Shown: in pieces, positions 12,914 through 26,406 of the stretch
Layout: each line of letters starts with the position of its first letter
Position numbering within the stretch: the first letter of the stretch is position 1
Assembly: GCF_004010195.1 (NCBI RefSeq)
Contig: NC_057718.1
Coordinates: 52,470,254-52,534,253 of the forward strand
Direction of reading: 5' to 3'
From: Chiloscyllium plagiosum
Lineage: Eukaryota
Length of the DNA stretch: 64,000 nt
Made by a program: the position numbers and the translations under genes
Notes under the pieces: generated by a model
What the model was told of the DNA's origin: nothing
What the model saw: only the letters and a program-made list of their open reading frames with translations
The model's database searches: none

Positions 12914-13347
12914 CTAAAGCAAAAAAAATACGTTCAAACCCTTTTTTTTCCACTAGTGACAGGGCTATGGATACAGTCGCTGTCTCCTGTATTTCCATGA
13001 CAAAGCCCTGGTCAATCAGAGTTGAATTTAATCAGCTAAGTCAGTGAACGACGACAATTAACAGTTCTTGCTGCTTCTCCATGCTGCTTTTCAAACAAAT
13101 ACCATCCTCTTCTCAAATTGTTAAAAATTGTTTCCTTTCTAAGCTGCATTGTCGTAACAAGTTTTAATGACTGGATGCAGCAGGAACTAACTGGTGGAAG
13201 TAGAGACTGTAACCTCATACATAAAATTTCTTCTTACATTCCATTTGTTCTACATCTCACAATCACTTTACAAGCTGCAGATGGTGTAAGCATGCATAAT
13301 TTGTTCATCCCTTCTCTATCCCAACCCTTGTAACTTTTTCCTTTCAG

Positions 13348-13415
13348 ATCCTTAAGACTCCAACTTTGCCAGGAAATTGTCGATGAGCAAGAACAGGAAC
13401 AGATGGAAAATAGTG
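13348..13415 (+). CDS. Candidate 68 bp exon (phase 2-1), SLRLQLCQEIVDEQEQEQMENS
   Basis: Acceptor actttttcctttcag, donor GTG|gtgaat; one open frame. Confidence 0.4.
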
Positions 13416-13689
13416 GTGAATACAAACACAGGGCTTAATGTTGGACTGTCCACCTCAGTCCCCATTCAGGTTAAAAACTAATGGGGAGAGGGATTCTTCT
13501 CAGGCTACACCAGCTCGCCTGTAACCAGCCAATGGTCAAGTCATTAATAAACTAGAGGTGGAATTTCTAACCCTCAGGATTTGGAAGTCATACCTCAGAA
13601 CTGCTAGTCAATCAGGAGTTAATAGTGTCCAACACTTTGAGTATGTAATGTTGTGCAATTTAGGTATGTTTGAGGATCTCACCATATGT

Positions 13690-14220
13690 TAAACTGTCAA
13701 GCACACCCTGGTGAGAGTCTGCAGAAAGAGGATTGTGAGGAAGTGTAATGGAAATCACTATGGGATAGCCTATACCCAGAAACAGAAACAGAGATGTAAA
13801 GGAAAGAGAGGGAAGAGTCAAACCAGATGAAGGTGAGAGAAGGTTGAAAATTGGAGGCAAATGTAATTATTTTTTACAATTCCGGATGAGGGCAGGAAAC
13901 AGCAACAATGACACGTCAATGTGTCAGAGAAAGTGCTGCGGGTAGGGGCCAACGAGCACTAGAACAAGAATGCTCTACTTACCTCACAAACAGACAAGCA
14001 TAGACATAGCCACATCATTGATTGGGAGAAAATGAAATGCATGAAAGGTGAAGATGTTTGAAAATGAGAAAATGCTCAACCAGGTGAAGGAGGGTGGTGG
14101 AGGAAGAGACAGTTTAAACTCTTTGAAGGAAGAGGCAGATTGCTTTCAGATAATCCTGATGGGGGAATGGAGGTGCAGAAGGATTGCACATCCAAGGTGA
14201 TGAGGGGTTAGTTAAGGCCA
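13690..14220 (-). mobile_element. Ancient Penelope-like RT fragment
   Basis: Collinear, diverged similarity by eye to the Penelope RT DNA at 52560-52870. Confidence 0.5.
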
Positions 14221-14857
14221 CAAAAGAATAAGGAAGATCCAATTCTCTGGTTCTAGCCAGGTTTTATTTTGAAACAGAGACAAATGTGGACTAGGGTATG
14301 GTACTAGTAAGTGATAAACATGACAAAACACCAGGTTCTGTACCACAATGAGAAATGGCACTGAAAATTGTAAAGGGGATTTGCAGGTGGCAGATATATC
14401 TCTTACTGTCTTAAGTGAACTGATATAAAACAGGTCCTTTGAATTGGCGCATACATTGGAGTTGGATTTGCCTATTAAAAAAAATCTAAAGAGACAGAGA
14501 TAATTGAAGTATGAGCACAGCTTTTGTATCCAGTGGAAATATAATGGAACAGATACTCCAGGTAGTGAAATGTTGGGACCATGTGATATGCAGCCATGGT
14601 TGAAGCAGCATGAGCATGATGAAAAATTAAATCAAATTTAAATAAAAAGGTGGAGAGGGATTTTGAAGTAGAAGAAAATTAAGAGTCAAAAAAAAGGAGA
14701 TGGAATTAAAAACAACAGGAATGAAAACAACAGAAAGCAAGAATGAGAACTTCATATGGAAAATGAAGAGAGGGAATTTAAGCTGAAAATGTTGTAGTTG
14801 AGAAAAGACATCAGATACTGATACAGGCTCTGAAGAGGAGAATCCAAGTTATAATCT

Positions 14858-16710
14858 AGTCATAGAGTCATAGAGATGTACAGCACGGAAACAGACCCTT
14901 CGGTCCAACTCGTCCATGCCGACCAGGTAACCCAACCCAATCTAGTCCCACCTGCCAACACCCGGCCCATATCCCTCCAAACCCTTCCTATTCAAATACC
15001 CATCCAAATGCTTTTCAATGTTGCAACTGTACCAGACTCCATCACTTCCTCTGGCAGCTCATTCATACACGTACCACCCTCTGTGTGAAAACATTGTCCC
15101 TTAGGTCACTTTTATATCTTTCCTCTCTCACCCTAAACCTATGCCCTCTAGTTCTGGACTCCCCCACCCCAGGGAAACGACCTTGACTATTTACCCTATC
15201 CATGCCCCTCATGACTTTAGAAACCTCTATAAAGTCACTCTTCAGCCTCCAACGCTCCAGGGAAAACAGCCCTCGCCCATTCAACCTGTCCCCACTGCTC
15301 AAATCCTCCAACCCTGGCAACATCCTTGTCAATCTTTTCTGAACCCTTTCACGTTTCACAAAGAAGACTAGAATTGCACGCAATATTAAAAAGTGGCCTA
15401 ACCAATGTCCTGTACAACCACAACATGACCTCCCAACCCCTGCACTCAGTACTCTGACCAATAGAGGAAAGCATACCGAATGCCATCTTCCCTATCGTAT
15501 CTATCTGCTACTCTATTTTCAAGGAGCTATGAACCTGCACTCTCTTTGTTCAGCAACACTCCCTATGACCTTACCATTAAGTATATCAGTCCTGCCAAGA
15601 TTTGCCTTCACAAAATGCAGCACCTCGCAATTATCTAAATTAAATTCCATCTGCCACTCTTCACCCATTGGCTCCTCTGTTCAAGATCCTGTTTTTATCT
15701 GAGGTCACCTTCTTCACTGTCCACTACACCTCCAATTTTGGTGTCATCTGCAAACGTACTATCCCCCTTAAGCTCACATCCAAATCAGTTATATAAATGA
15801 TGAAAAGTACTGGACCCAGCACTGATCCTTGTGGCACTCCACTGATCACAGGCCTCCAGTCTGTAAAAACAACCTTCTACCCCCACCCTTTGACTTCTAC
15901 CTTTGAGTCAGTTCTGTATCCAAATGGCTAGTTCTCCCTGTAATCCATGAGATCTAACTTTGCTAACCACTCTCCCATGGGGAACCTTATCAAACATTTA
16001 CTGGAGTCTATATAGATCGTGTCTACCACTCTGTCCTCATCAATCCTCTTTGTTACTTCTTCAAATCAAGTTTGTGAGGCATGATTTCCCATGCACAAAA
16101 ATCATGTTGACTATCCCTAATCAGTCCTTGCCTTTCCAAATACATGTACATCCTGTCCCTCAGGATTCCTTCCAACAACTTGCCCATTATTGACATCAGG
16201 CTCACTTGTCTAAAATTCCCTGGCTTGTCCTTACCACCTTTCTTAAACAGTGGCACCACGTTAGCCAACCTCTAGTCTTCCACTACCTCACCTGTGACTA
16301 TTGATTAGATTAGATTACCTACAGTGTGGAAGCAGGCCCTACGGCCCAACAAGTCCACACCGACCCTCCAAAGAGAAATCCACCTCCTGACTAATACACC
16401 TAATGCTACGGGCAACTTAGCGTGGCCAATTCACCTAACCTGTACATCTTTGGAGAGTGGGAGGAAACTGGAGTACCCGGAGGGAACCCACGCAGGTACG
16501 GGGAGAATGTGCAAACTCCAAACAGACAGTTGCCCGAGGCGGGAATTGAACCCGGGTCCCTGGCACTGTGAGGCAGCAGTGTTAACCACTGAGCCAGTTA
16601 ACTCAGCAAGGGGCCCAGCAATCACTTTCCTAGCTACCTACAGAGTTCTAGGGTACAACTGATCAGTCCTGGGGATTTTTCCACTTTTATGTGTTTCAAG
16701 TCGTCCAGCA
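14858..16710 (-). mobile_element. 5'-truncated CR1 LINE (RT region)
   Basis: ORFs 15063-15461 and 16053-16268 (ANVVPLFKKGGKDKPGNFRQVSL); CATAGAGTCATAGAG tail. Confidence 0.96.
16303..16594 (-). mobile_element. HE1/V-SINE-type SINE nested in CR1
   Basis: Consensus-like body with (ATTAG)n tail; CR1 sequence resumes on both sides. Confidence 0.95.
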
Positions 16711-17489
16711 TATCTAAAGTCTGGTGGGAAGTGTTTAACTATGTATATGCCCTGTCTCAACTTGAGGAAATGATGTGGAGATGTTTACCCTTTATGCCTC
16801 ACTGTAGAAGGAATTGATAGGGATCGTAATGCTTTAAAGTAGAACTATATTGGTTGCGTATGATTTAGTGCCTGAGGCATATCAGTTACAATATTTAAGG
16901 AAACAGCCTTAGCAAATCTATAGTGAATTTGAAAGAATTAAGTGACTCTGACAAGTGGTTATAAGCATCAAGACCTGAAATGGTATACAAAGTTGGTACA
17001 GTGATTATTCTGATAGATGAAATTAAAATTCACTATCTTCTGCAATATGAACCCATGCTGTGGATACAATCCAAGGGGATGCCACTGCTAGATGGGCAGC
17101 AGAAATGACTGACGACTATGAGCTATAAAAAGATAATCTTTTTCTGTCACACTCATAAATTTGAAAGGGTTAGAAAGTGGAAGGTGAAAGAAAAGCAAAT
17201 AGCCAAGCTTAAAGAAAAGGCTGAGAACTCCAATCCCACGCCCCCCCCCATCCCAACCCAAAGATCTCCTCCTCGGATCTGAAAGTACAAAGGATGGAGA
17301 TACAAATCAAAGTCCAAAGGTTTTCCTTTGTTACCAAGTGTGACACGAACACTCAGATTACTGGAAGCTGCAAGGAAAACAGGGAGTTAATGGAGTACAT
17401 AAGAAAGGATACATAAAGGGACCTCAAAAGCTAAATGCCACCAATCAAATTGTAACTGTAACCACAGAGAAGTGTCTGAAGGAAAACAC

Positions 17490-17635
17490 TGAGATAGGGT
17501 GAGGTAGATTTTTAAAATATCTGGGAATTAAGGTTTATGTGGAAACGGTTGGAAAATGATGCGAGCAGAGCGCCACGATCCCATTGATGGCAAGAAGACT
17601 CGATGGGCATCTTCTGTTCCTATGTCTTATGGTTG
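17490..17635 (+). mobile_element. Old CR1 3' end
   Basis: TAGATTTTT...GGGAATTAAGGTTTATG...CTTCTGTTCCTATGTCTTATG, CR1 3' UTR-like. Confidence 0.6.
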
Positions 17636-18489
17636 TATTTGGGTCTGACAATGGTCAAATAGTTCCCTTCTGGGTTGTAAAGGCAATATGGGTGGATGTT
17701 TCCCAGTCCCTGAATAGTGTGTGCCATGGCAAGAAACTTGGAGAAATTGGGTGAAATAATCATCTTCCTGACAGAGAAATCACAAAATCCTATTTAGCAA
17801 TCATGTGTTGGATGGTGCGATCAGACTCTCGCTAGCGAGTGGTAAGAGACATGTCTGTATGAATTATCACACATTATCACTCTCTTTAGCACCTTATCAT
17901 TAATTAAGCTGCAATTTCCCATTCACCCATCTGCTGGAAGTAAACAGTGAGAGTTCACAACATAGTAGTCAGAGCTGTTAGCTCTCAAATCCAGCTCGTC
18001 GCTGCTCCACCAGAATTCCACGTTGGACAACTGCACAAACATCTCAAGGCATATTCCATGCGCAGTGACCACATGCACTCCCCCATCTACAGGTATTGGC
18101 CCCCAACACATACCAGCCTCACTGAATCATGGCGCGCCCTGATCCACTTACAGTACCCTTCCACACGTCACTTCGAAATGCCCCAGCACCTCTTTTGGAA
18201 TGCTGCTGTAAGAAGGTTTTGTACACAGACAAGAGCATCCATCTCATGGTTTAGATAAAGTTGCATGTCACCGCTGCTCACCCATTCTCCTAGTGTTCAC
18301 TCACAGTGATGCTCACAGCATTCCTGCCTTGTATTGTACTTTACGCCCTCAGCTGCACCTTAAAGGCTCACAATTCTTCTATCTTGCCTTGCCGTTGAGC
18401 ACAGAATCAATGCCAGGCAGCCTGTTCATGGTTGTCAGCAGCTCTCAGTTATGGGCTTGAATACAAGCAATTGATTGCTTGAGCGCTTA

Positions 18490-18605
18490 GAGGGACCATA
18501 ATGCTATAAAGTTGAAATATATTGGTTACATATGAGTTAGTGTCTGAGTCATAAAGGCAAAGGTTACGATATTTAAGGCAACAGTTTTAGCAAACCTAGA
18601 GTGAA
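18490..18605 (+). mobile_element. Second copy of the gag fragment at 16820-16925
   Basis: Diverged direct repeat (TATATTGGTT..TATGA.TTAGTG.CTGAG.CATA...ATATTTAAGG.AACAG..TTAGCAAA.CTA.AGTGA). Confidence 0.75.
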
Positions 18606-19244
18606 GGAGTCTGTCTCACTACAGGCCAAGGAATGGGTCAAAGTCAGGTTCAATACAGACAGTCAGAGATTTCATGGCTCTTCATTCGGGGAGCTGCACA
18701 GACACCAATCAAGTGTTCAGTCAATCAGCAGTCTCTCCATCCAAGTCAGTCAGTGGGTATCTGCCAAAGTCAGTCCTAGGGGCCAGCAGAATGAAAACCA
18801 TGGACACTGCTGTGGTACAGACATTGCCTTGACAGGGGGCATGTGTATCACAGTGGTTGACAGGACTAAAGTAGAGACTCATTGGGTAAGGGTGAGAGCT
18901 GCAGCCGTAATTGCAGTTTTGAGTCAGAACATGTGAGAGATCAGTAGTGATTGGCTGTCCAGCAAATGCAGCTGGAAAGGGATGTCGAAATTCAGGAGAA
19001 GATTTGCATTCTAAAATACCAGGCTGAGCCTGAGACGTACTACGTGGGGTATAAATCCTGGTCACAAACAATCTTGACTAACTCTTTGGTCACTGCAGAT
19101 TAAAGATAGTCATCTCTGTAGAGCATGAATAATGACATGCGACCTTGAAAGCAGCACCATGGGTCATTACGCACAAAGCTAATGCAAGACCTCATAGGCT
19201 GCAGATACACAGAATTAATTTGCTTTCATCTTCAACTGGAAGTG

Positions 19245-19475
19245 TAAAGGCAAAGGAACCATAGTCCCAGAGGACTGTTCTCTCAATGCAGATGATTGTG
19301 GCTTAACCTGATGGTCACCATACGTTAGGTGAGAGGGGACAGGAGGGTGTAGGGGGGCAAGATTGAGAACATAGGACCTCCATGGTGACCTCCCCCAGTA
19401 TAGAAATTGAACCCATGCTGGCGGGCATCACTCCATTTTACAAACCATCCAGTCAAGTGAGCTAACCAATCCCAA
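19245..19475 (-). mobile_element. tRNA-head SINE (third family)
   Basis: Minus-strand head GGTTAGCTCACTTGACTGGATGG..GGGTTCAAT; same family as 48333-48508. Confidence 0.6.
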
Positions 19476-19561
19476 CGCAACTGCAATACAACATGCTCTT
19501 ATGTGTAATGATACCTTTTCTGGACAATATAGGGCTGGGAGGGGAAGGTTTCTGTACTCAC

Positions 19562-19676
19562 TCCGCACCATTGCAGCATGCAAAAGGACGATGTGATGGA
19601 CACTGAAGAACTGAGAAAGCAGCAGCAGTCTTCTTAGGAGGAAAGTGAGGATATTCAGCAAAAGGAATGTCACCTT
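19562..19676 (-). other. Candidate 115 bp exon on the minus strand
   Basis: Acceptor tttgttgctttatacag, donor GGA|gtgagt; two open frames, neither recognised. Confidence 0.3.
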
Positions 19677-22074
19677 CTGTATAAAGCAACAAATTTGGTA
19701 CTACAAGTCAGCAAAGCCTTAAATGACGCGCAGACCAGGAGATGACAGCTGGGTGCAATGATTGTTTTACCGTAAAACTGTTGATGCTTGAAAGACAAGC
19801 AGTCCATTTCTGTTCTGAGATGCAAACACAGCTTCTATTTATTTGTTTCTTTTTTTTTGCTGCTGTTGAATAAAAGTGCATGGTTTGAAGCATTTGAAGG
19901 CTTTCCTGTATGTGATGGCCCCACATTGAACAATAGCAAGATATTGAGCTACCAATGGGCACTGGGGAAGGAGTATTAATGTTGAGATGGATGTAAGATG
20001 TGGCTAAAGATAGGTAAACTCTTTGACTTTATGTTGAAACAACAATTGTTGTTAGAACGTGCTGTTCTATCTGAAGGAAGTATCAACTGTGACACCTATG
20101 TGCCCTGAGGAGCATTTATTTATGGATCCAGTTGTAGATGTCCCACTACACACACGATGAAGAGCTATTCTACACTGCCAACGTTCAAACTGGTGGGACT
20201 CAAAGATAGTGGCAGTACCAGTGATCCCAGAATATCCTGGCAGAAGTGGGTACCCCTGCCTGCAGTAAGTGGAAGTATCGGGTTAACATCAGACGAGTGG
20301 GGTATTATAGGGGTGTGGTAACACATTAATGAGCAATGACAGTGCAAGAAAACATGCAGAGCCTCACAGAGAGAAACTCTCTGTGAAACTTAATGAAAGT
20401 GACACTTCACCAGTATCTGGTAAAACTCATAGACTCTTAAAGAAATAATGACTTTAGAAACAAGAAATTTGTTGTAATAAATAACCATGAAACTATGTGC
20501 GCAATTTCATTCAAGAATAAATTGGAAAGCAACTTCTGGCATCTGCACACATGTAGATAAATATGGAAATCATGAATCTGACTGAACAAGCAGTCCTTCT
20601 CCTTTAGAAGTTGCAATCTTATAGTATCTACCAATAGACTTAGTCTTGAAATACATGAAGCAACTTAACCTGCAGAACTTAAATGAACACTGAACACACA
20701 GTGGAACATCAATACTTACCCATTCAAGTAACTACGCAAAGCTATGAAATGACTTTTAATGCATGTCAAAATGCCTCTCTGGCACTATAAATTAACATTT
20801 GGAAGTGTGGTATTTCATTCTTTCTGACTTTAATTATTGCTGGAGATTTAAACTAAATTAAGTACTTTTTAAACTTCTTCTACATCTTTTCATCCCAGTT
20901 TTCTTGCCTTTTTTGTTTACATGATTTAGAATTCAATTCAAATATTCTAACTTGAATTTCCTGTTTCCAACTCTGCATGATTCCGTAGGAATTCCTCAAA
21001 GGATGTCCGCAGCTGCTTGCCCCATTCACACTGGTCCCAGATCCGTGAAGAAGGTGCTGTGCTGTTTAGAATATCTAATTGCAACAAGTTTCAGTGGAAA
21101 TAATTGAAGGTTTGTGAGCAAGTTTCCGTGTAATGAATATCACATAGAGTTTACCTGCTATTCATGTAAAATCCAGGTCAATACTTTGAGCTACAGTCAA
21201 TGATGAAATGAGACATGGCACAGTTTGGCACAAGCCAATGGTTTTGGACCCAGGCTTCCCAAAGCTTTCCAAGACTGATTTCCTTATTTCATGGCTGAAT
21301 CTGCTTCAGATTATTTGATAGAAATTGATTGCAGCAAATAGTCCAACATTTCATTAATATTTTATCATTTGACCACCAAGAGTGTAGCAAACGCAGTAGA
21401 CTTGGTTTCTATTGTCAGACACATCTTGCGGTCATAAACATCTTCTAGAAAGCAAGTTGGCGGGGTGGGGGAGGGAATAACTGAAAGCATAAAGAGGCTA
21501 AAAAGGCAGTTTTTATGAAAGCTTAGCACCCATAACATAAAAGGAGGAATCAACACTTGCAGGAAATATAAATCTCAATTTAATAAGCGTCAGAAAAAAT
21601 CGCTGGACTGTTCCTCATATTGTGTTCTCTATTGGAGAATCACATAAACCTTGCTGTTAAAAATGAGCAGAAGTAAAATTTTATTTTTCTATGTTTCCAA
21701 AATAGCTGCCTGAGGGGTAGAATAAAAGGAATTCTACATAGAACAACGGTAACAGAAGAGCAGGTAAACCATGCAATGAGAAAGAAAGATAAATCCCAAA
21801 ACAGAAAAATTAATATTCTGAAAACTTGTGCAAAAAAACCGATTCAATAAGAGAACATTGCTTTTCTTTTCTTTCCAGAGGCCGACAAAAACCAGCACGA
21901 CCAAGAGGGAGCTCAAGTTTGTTTGGATTCAGAAGGGGATTTTATTGAATTCCAAATTCATAACACAGGAGCCAGTGTAACCTTGAAAAGTGAGGACACA
22001 AAACCACCAAAGACATTTTCTGATTGCGGTCAGAAAACTCAGTTCACTGCAAATCGTTAGAACCTGCGGCATTC

Positions 22075-22740
22075 AAAAGTACAGACAAATTAGGAGCAGA
22101 AGTAGACCATTTGGCCCCTCTTGTCTGTTCTGTCATTCAATAAAATCATGGCCCATATGAACATGGCCTTAACTTCACGAATTCTGAACTACTTCCCACA
22201 GCCTTTGACTTCTTTGTTAGTCAAGAATTTATCTACCTTTGTTTATAAACTACTCAATGATTCTGCCTCCTCAGATTTTGGGAAAGAGAATTCTAAAAGA
22301 TGTGTCAAAGCTTCAAAGTAAGGGGTCACATATTTAAAACATAGATGAGAAGAATTATTTTCTTGGAAGGTTGAGAGTCTTTGAAATGGTGATGAAAGCA
22401 CAGTCTTTGAATATTTTTAAGGCAGAAGCAGATGGATTATTGATAAGCAAGGGGTTGATAGGTTCTCCAGGGTAGGAGGGTTGGCAGGAATGTGGAGAAA
22501 TCAGGTCAGCCATGGTCTTATTGAATGGCAGAGTAGTCTTGAGGGACCAAATGGGCAGCTTCTGTTTGTAATTCATATGTTCGTCTGACTCATGATCCTT
22601 TATGGAAAAATTCTCCTCATCTCCATTGCAAACAAAAGACAGCTTATTTGTAAACTGTTTTCTCTAGTTCACATTGCACCTACAAGGGTTAACTCCCTTC
22701 CACCATTCATGCTGTCAAGCTCTCTCAGGATCTCTGAAGA
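22075..22740. mobile_element. Two old CR1 3' ends, nested (+ copy ~22320-22585 inside a - copy)
   Basis: CR1 3' UTR motifs in opposite orientations (GGAGCAGAAGTAGACCATTTGGCCC; GGTCAGCCATG..CTTATTGAATGGCAGAG). Confidence 0.65.
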
Positions 22741-22744
22741 GCCT

Positions 22745-23430
22745 GTCAGAACCAAATCCTAGAGAGAATCAACCTGTGATGGAATGTGTTGTGAGCAATT
22801 AGAGAAGAAATTGCTGTAGGGGAAGGAAACGTCTGGGAAGTGATGAGACTTTTAACACCAAGGTCTGGGTGGCAGGGACCAGCAGCCAGCCGCCCCTTCT
22901 CAGAAGTCATGAGGAGTGGGACTCACATTTGGCCAAACACTACTTTTCGCCAGAGCCAGGAGCCGGGAGCCAGTCTTCTTGATGCTGAGACAGGGAGCCA
23001 GCTACCTTGTTGCCACAGCCATGAGGCAACTTCCAAGGTTGCCAGGGCTGGATACTTCCCTTTTGTCAGGCCATCCATCTGCAGTTCTGAGACTTGGGGT
23101 TTGAAGGAAAGGATGAGTCTGCAATTAGGAGTGGAGGAGAGAGAGGGAGGCTGTAGTAAGGGGTGACTGGAGAGCAAAACAAAACTGCAATTAAAGTGGG
23201 TGGGAGACAGCAGGAAGCTGAAGTGGGCGGGGTGTTTTGGGAGAGACTGGGAGCCTGTAACAGTCAAGGAGAGAAGAGAGAGTACAGATGGCAGAGACAG
23301 AGAGACTGCAAGTCTGAAGTGGTTGGAAGAGGGAAGCTGCATGAAGGGGAGGAGTCATTAAGGCTGCATTTCGGCAATGATTGGGCTGCAGTAATGGTTG
23401 CAGACTGCAAAGTGAAGAGAATGGGGTTAA
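22745..23430 (-). mobile_element. Probable old L2-type LINE fragment
   Basis: Purine-skewed + strand with an L2-like texture; no clean motif. Confidence 0.3.
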
Positions 23431-23537
23431 ATCTGCCAACAAAGAAAGACTTAATTTACTGGAAGCCAGGAAAACTTGAAACGACCAAAGTAATGAATTA
23501 CTTCAAAGTGAATGGCAATCTCTACCTGAAGGCTGCA

Positions 23538-23845
23538 TAGATTAGATTAGATTACTTACAGTGTGGAAACAGGCCCTTCGGCCCAACAAGTCCACACCAC
23601 CCCACCGAAGCGCAACCCACCCATACCCCTACATGTACCCCTTACCTAACACTACGGGCAATTTAGCATGGCCAATTCACCCAACCTGCACATCTTTGGA
23701 CTGTGGGAGGAAACCGGAGCACCCGGAGGAAACCCACGCAGACACGGGGAGAACGTGCAAACTCCACACAGTCAGTCGCCTGAGGCGGGAATTGAACCCG
23801 GGTCTCTGGCGCTGTGAGGCAGCAGTGCTAACCACTGTGCCACCC
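23538..23845 (-). mobile_element. Young HE1/V-SINE-type SINE
   Basis: CpG-rich, near-consensus body; (ATTAG)n tail. Confidence 0.96.
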
Positions 23846-25502
23846 ACAAACGTTCAGGAGCTACTATATAGGAAGAAATGCAATGGATGCTATCACAATA
23901 AACACTGTGTCAAATATTAAATTTGAAATTCAGATCTGAGATGCAGTTAAAAAAAACTACCTGGTTAAAATAATCCAGCTTTGTGAATATGTGACAGAAA
24001 TGCATTATCTGAGATCTCACCAATTTGGAAGGTGTGTTTTGCTGATGGCTTTTTGTGTGTCAAAATGTGAGTCAGTTAGTTTGAACAAAAACTTGAGTTG
24101 TCAACCTGTGCTTGCAGTATTGTCCCAAATTAAGTATGCAGTGTCAAGAAAATCAATGGTTTCCTCAAGTGTTATGGCTTAAATTTAATGGAGGGTTGAT
24201 AATGATTGAAGATCAAAATTAATTCTTCTAATTCTGCTTCTGTATGAATCTAAATACCCCAATATTAACCTAAGTGCAGAAGACAATGTTGCAAAGTGAC
24301 TGTATCTGCAATAAATAAATTAGTGAGAATGAAAATGACTCCTCTGAAAACCAAGAACTAGCCCTCAAAAATCTCAGGAGGATCCTCAGGGGAGAAATAA
24401 AATTGTCATGACCTGGTTGTAAATCCACCTACTTTGTCACAAATTGAGATTGTTAAGTAGGCAAATTAAAGTTCCCTTAAGAGCCTCATCCTTCTGCTGC
24501 TAGTACTAATCTAGTGTTCTCAGGTTCAGGATGTGGAAAGTACTACAAGCAAACCAATGCAGGTTGCTTGCAGGGTCTTAGAAGGGAGGGTGAGGTCCTT
24601 TAGTCAAAGATCATGCGACAGCATATTTAGAAATGAAGCCTGTGCTTGTTGTTAAACCTCTACCCATTCCCCCCTACTCTTGCCTGGCATCCTCATCCCA
24701 TGAACCTATTGCCATCACTCACCTGTGACCTGGGATCCAGTGACAGCACAGGCCTTGTGTGACTGTCTAATCTACAGCAGCAACTCTAGTGTTGCATTAA
24801 TTAGCCAGCAATTCTTGCAAGATGTGCCTTCCCTTCCTGAGTTTCCTGATTTCGGGAAGTTCAGCCAAGTGGTTGAGTGGCACTTAATATGGTGGTCTTC
24901 CCTAGAAGCGGTGTCATACAGGTGGTAAGCAAGATACCCATCTCTTCTACATTAACTACCATCTACTGTCCCTTATTCCAGCATTAACAAATTGAACAGC
25001 CATGCATTTTGGAAAGTTTCCACAGTTCTTACAAAAACATATAACAAAAACCTTGCTGACTCCTTTGGGGTTGAATTCAAACCTTTTGCAATTGGTTTAA
25101 TGCTCACTTGCTTGGATCAATTCTTCACATTTTGATTTTAGATGAGGAAGGAATGAACAAATGCAGAATAATCAATGTCCCTGTGGCAAATAGTAAATAA
25201 GAAAATTCCCTTTTTGGCACATACAGAAAATTAATTTGACACAAAAATAAAAATGAAGTCATTCAAGCTCAATCTCAATTTTTGCAATGTTGACAAGACA
25301 GACAATGACAGAGCAGATCATAAGTATCAAAGGTGTCGATATTCAATCTTTTTAATAATGTGTTGCAATTTGTTGTGTTGCCTCTTCTGCTGAAGAAACA
25401 CTAATTGATATAATAATAGTTACTTTTATTTCCATGCATGTCATCCAGAATATTCCCATTAAAGAATACAAAAATTGAAGAGATTTTCCAACATAATTGT
25501 TG

Positions 25503-25828
25503 ATGGTTAGTATAGTTGCCTCATGGTGCCAGGGACCCAGGTTCAATTCCAGCCTTGTGAGACTGTGGATGTGGAGTTTGCGCATTCTCCCCATGTCTGC
25601 GTGGGTTTCCATCAGGTGCTCTGGTTTCCTCCCATAGTCCAAAGGTTAGGTGAATTGGCCAAGCTAAATTGCCCATTGTGTTCAGGGATGTGTAGGTTAG
25701 GTGCATTAGTCAGGGGAAATGGAGAATAATAAGATTGGGCATTGGGTTTAGGTGGGATACTCTTTGGAGGGTCAGTGTGGACTTGTTAAGCTAAATGGCT
25801 TGTGTCCACACTGTACGGATTCTATGAT
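25503..25828 (+). mobile_element. HE1/V-SINE-type SINE
   Basis: B-box GGTTCAATTCC, V-domain, ...ACACTGTACGGATTCTATGA tail. Confidence 0.93.
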
Positions 25829-26406
25829 AATTGTAACAATGATTTTCCTTCCATCTACTGTTCAGTAAACAACATCTTTTTTCCATTAAAGATAAATATG
25901 TCTTTTTTGCATATGTATCAAGATTAGAGCCGGCGACATAAAAATACTTTAGAGTATTGTGCTCTTTAATGTTTCTTTACAAATTCATTTGAAATGTCAC
26001 TGCATAATTGTGTACCACCAGCACATATATCTTGTCTGGCTGAATTCAAGGAGAACAAATTGAACTTTACACGAACATAAATGTTATTAAAAGTGGAAGT
26101 TCATTTTAATTGTGCAATTCTTTGGTTTAAAAAGCAAACCACAGCATGCAATTCAATGGGTTGGTCAAAGCTAGCCTGTTTGCAAGTGAACAGTGAGAGG
26201 AAAGTCTAAAAATAATTTATTTTTGTTCCTTTCTCAACACATCTTCTTTCACCTAGCTGCTTTTTAGCTAAACCTTTTGAGACTGTGTTGGATTGTCTCA
26301 TAGGTTGGGAATGGCAGATAGAGATTCTAAAATTGCAAAGGCACTGGGTCTGTCACCTGCCTATCCCAAGTGGAAATGGGGTCAAGTGGCCCAAAAGCTT
26401 GTGAGC

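Larger units (their letters stand above)
14230..17480 (+). mobile_element. Decayed Gypsy (Gmr1-like) gag region interrupted by a CR1 and a SINE
   Basis: 16859-17030 translates YDLVPEAYQLQYLRKQP*QIYSEFERIK...IILIDEIK (SCAN-like capsid, cf. LVPEAYRQRFR...YVEFER...ILLEEFK); purine-rich coiled-coil-like part at 14400-14850. Confidence 0.6.
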
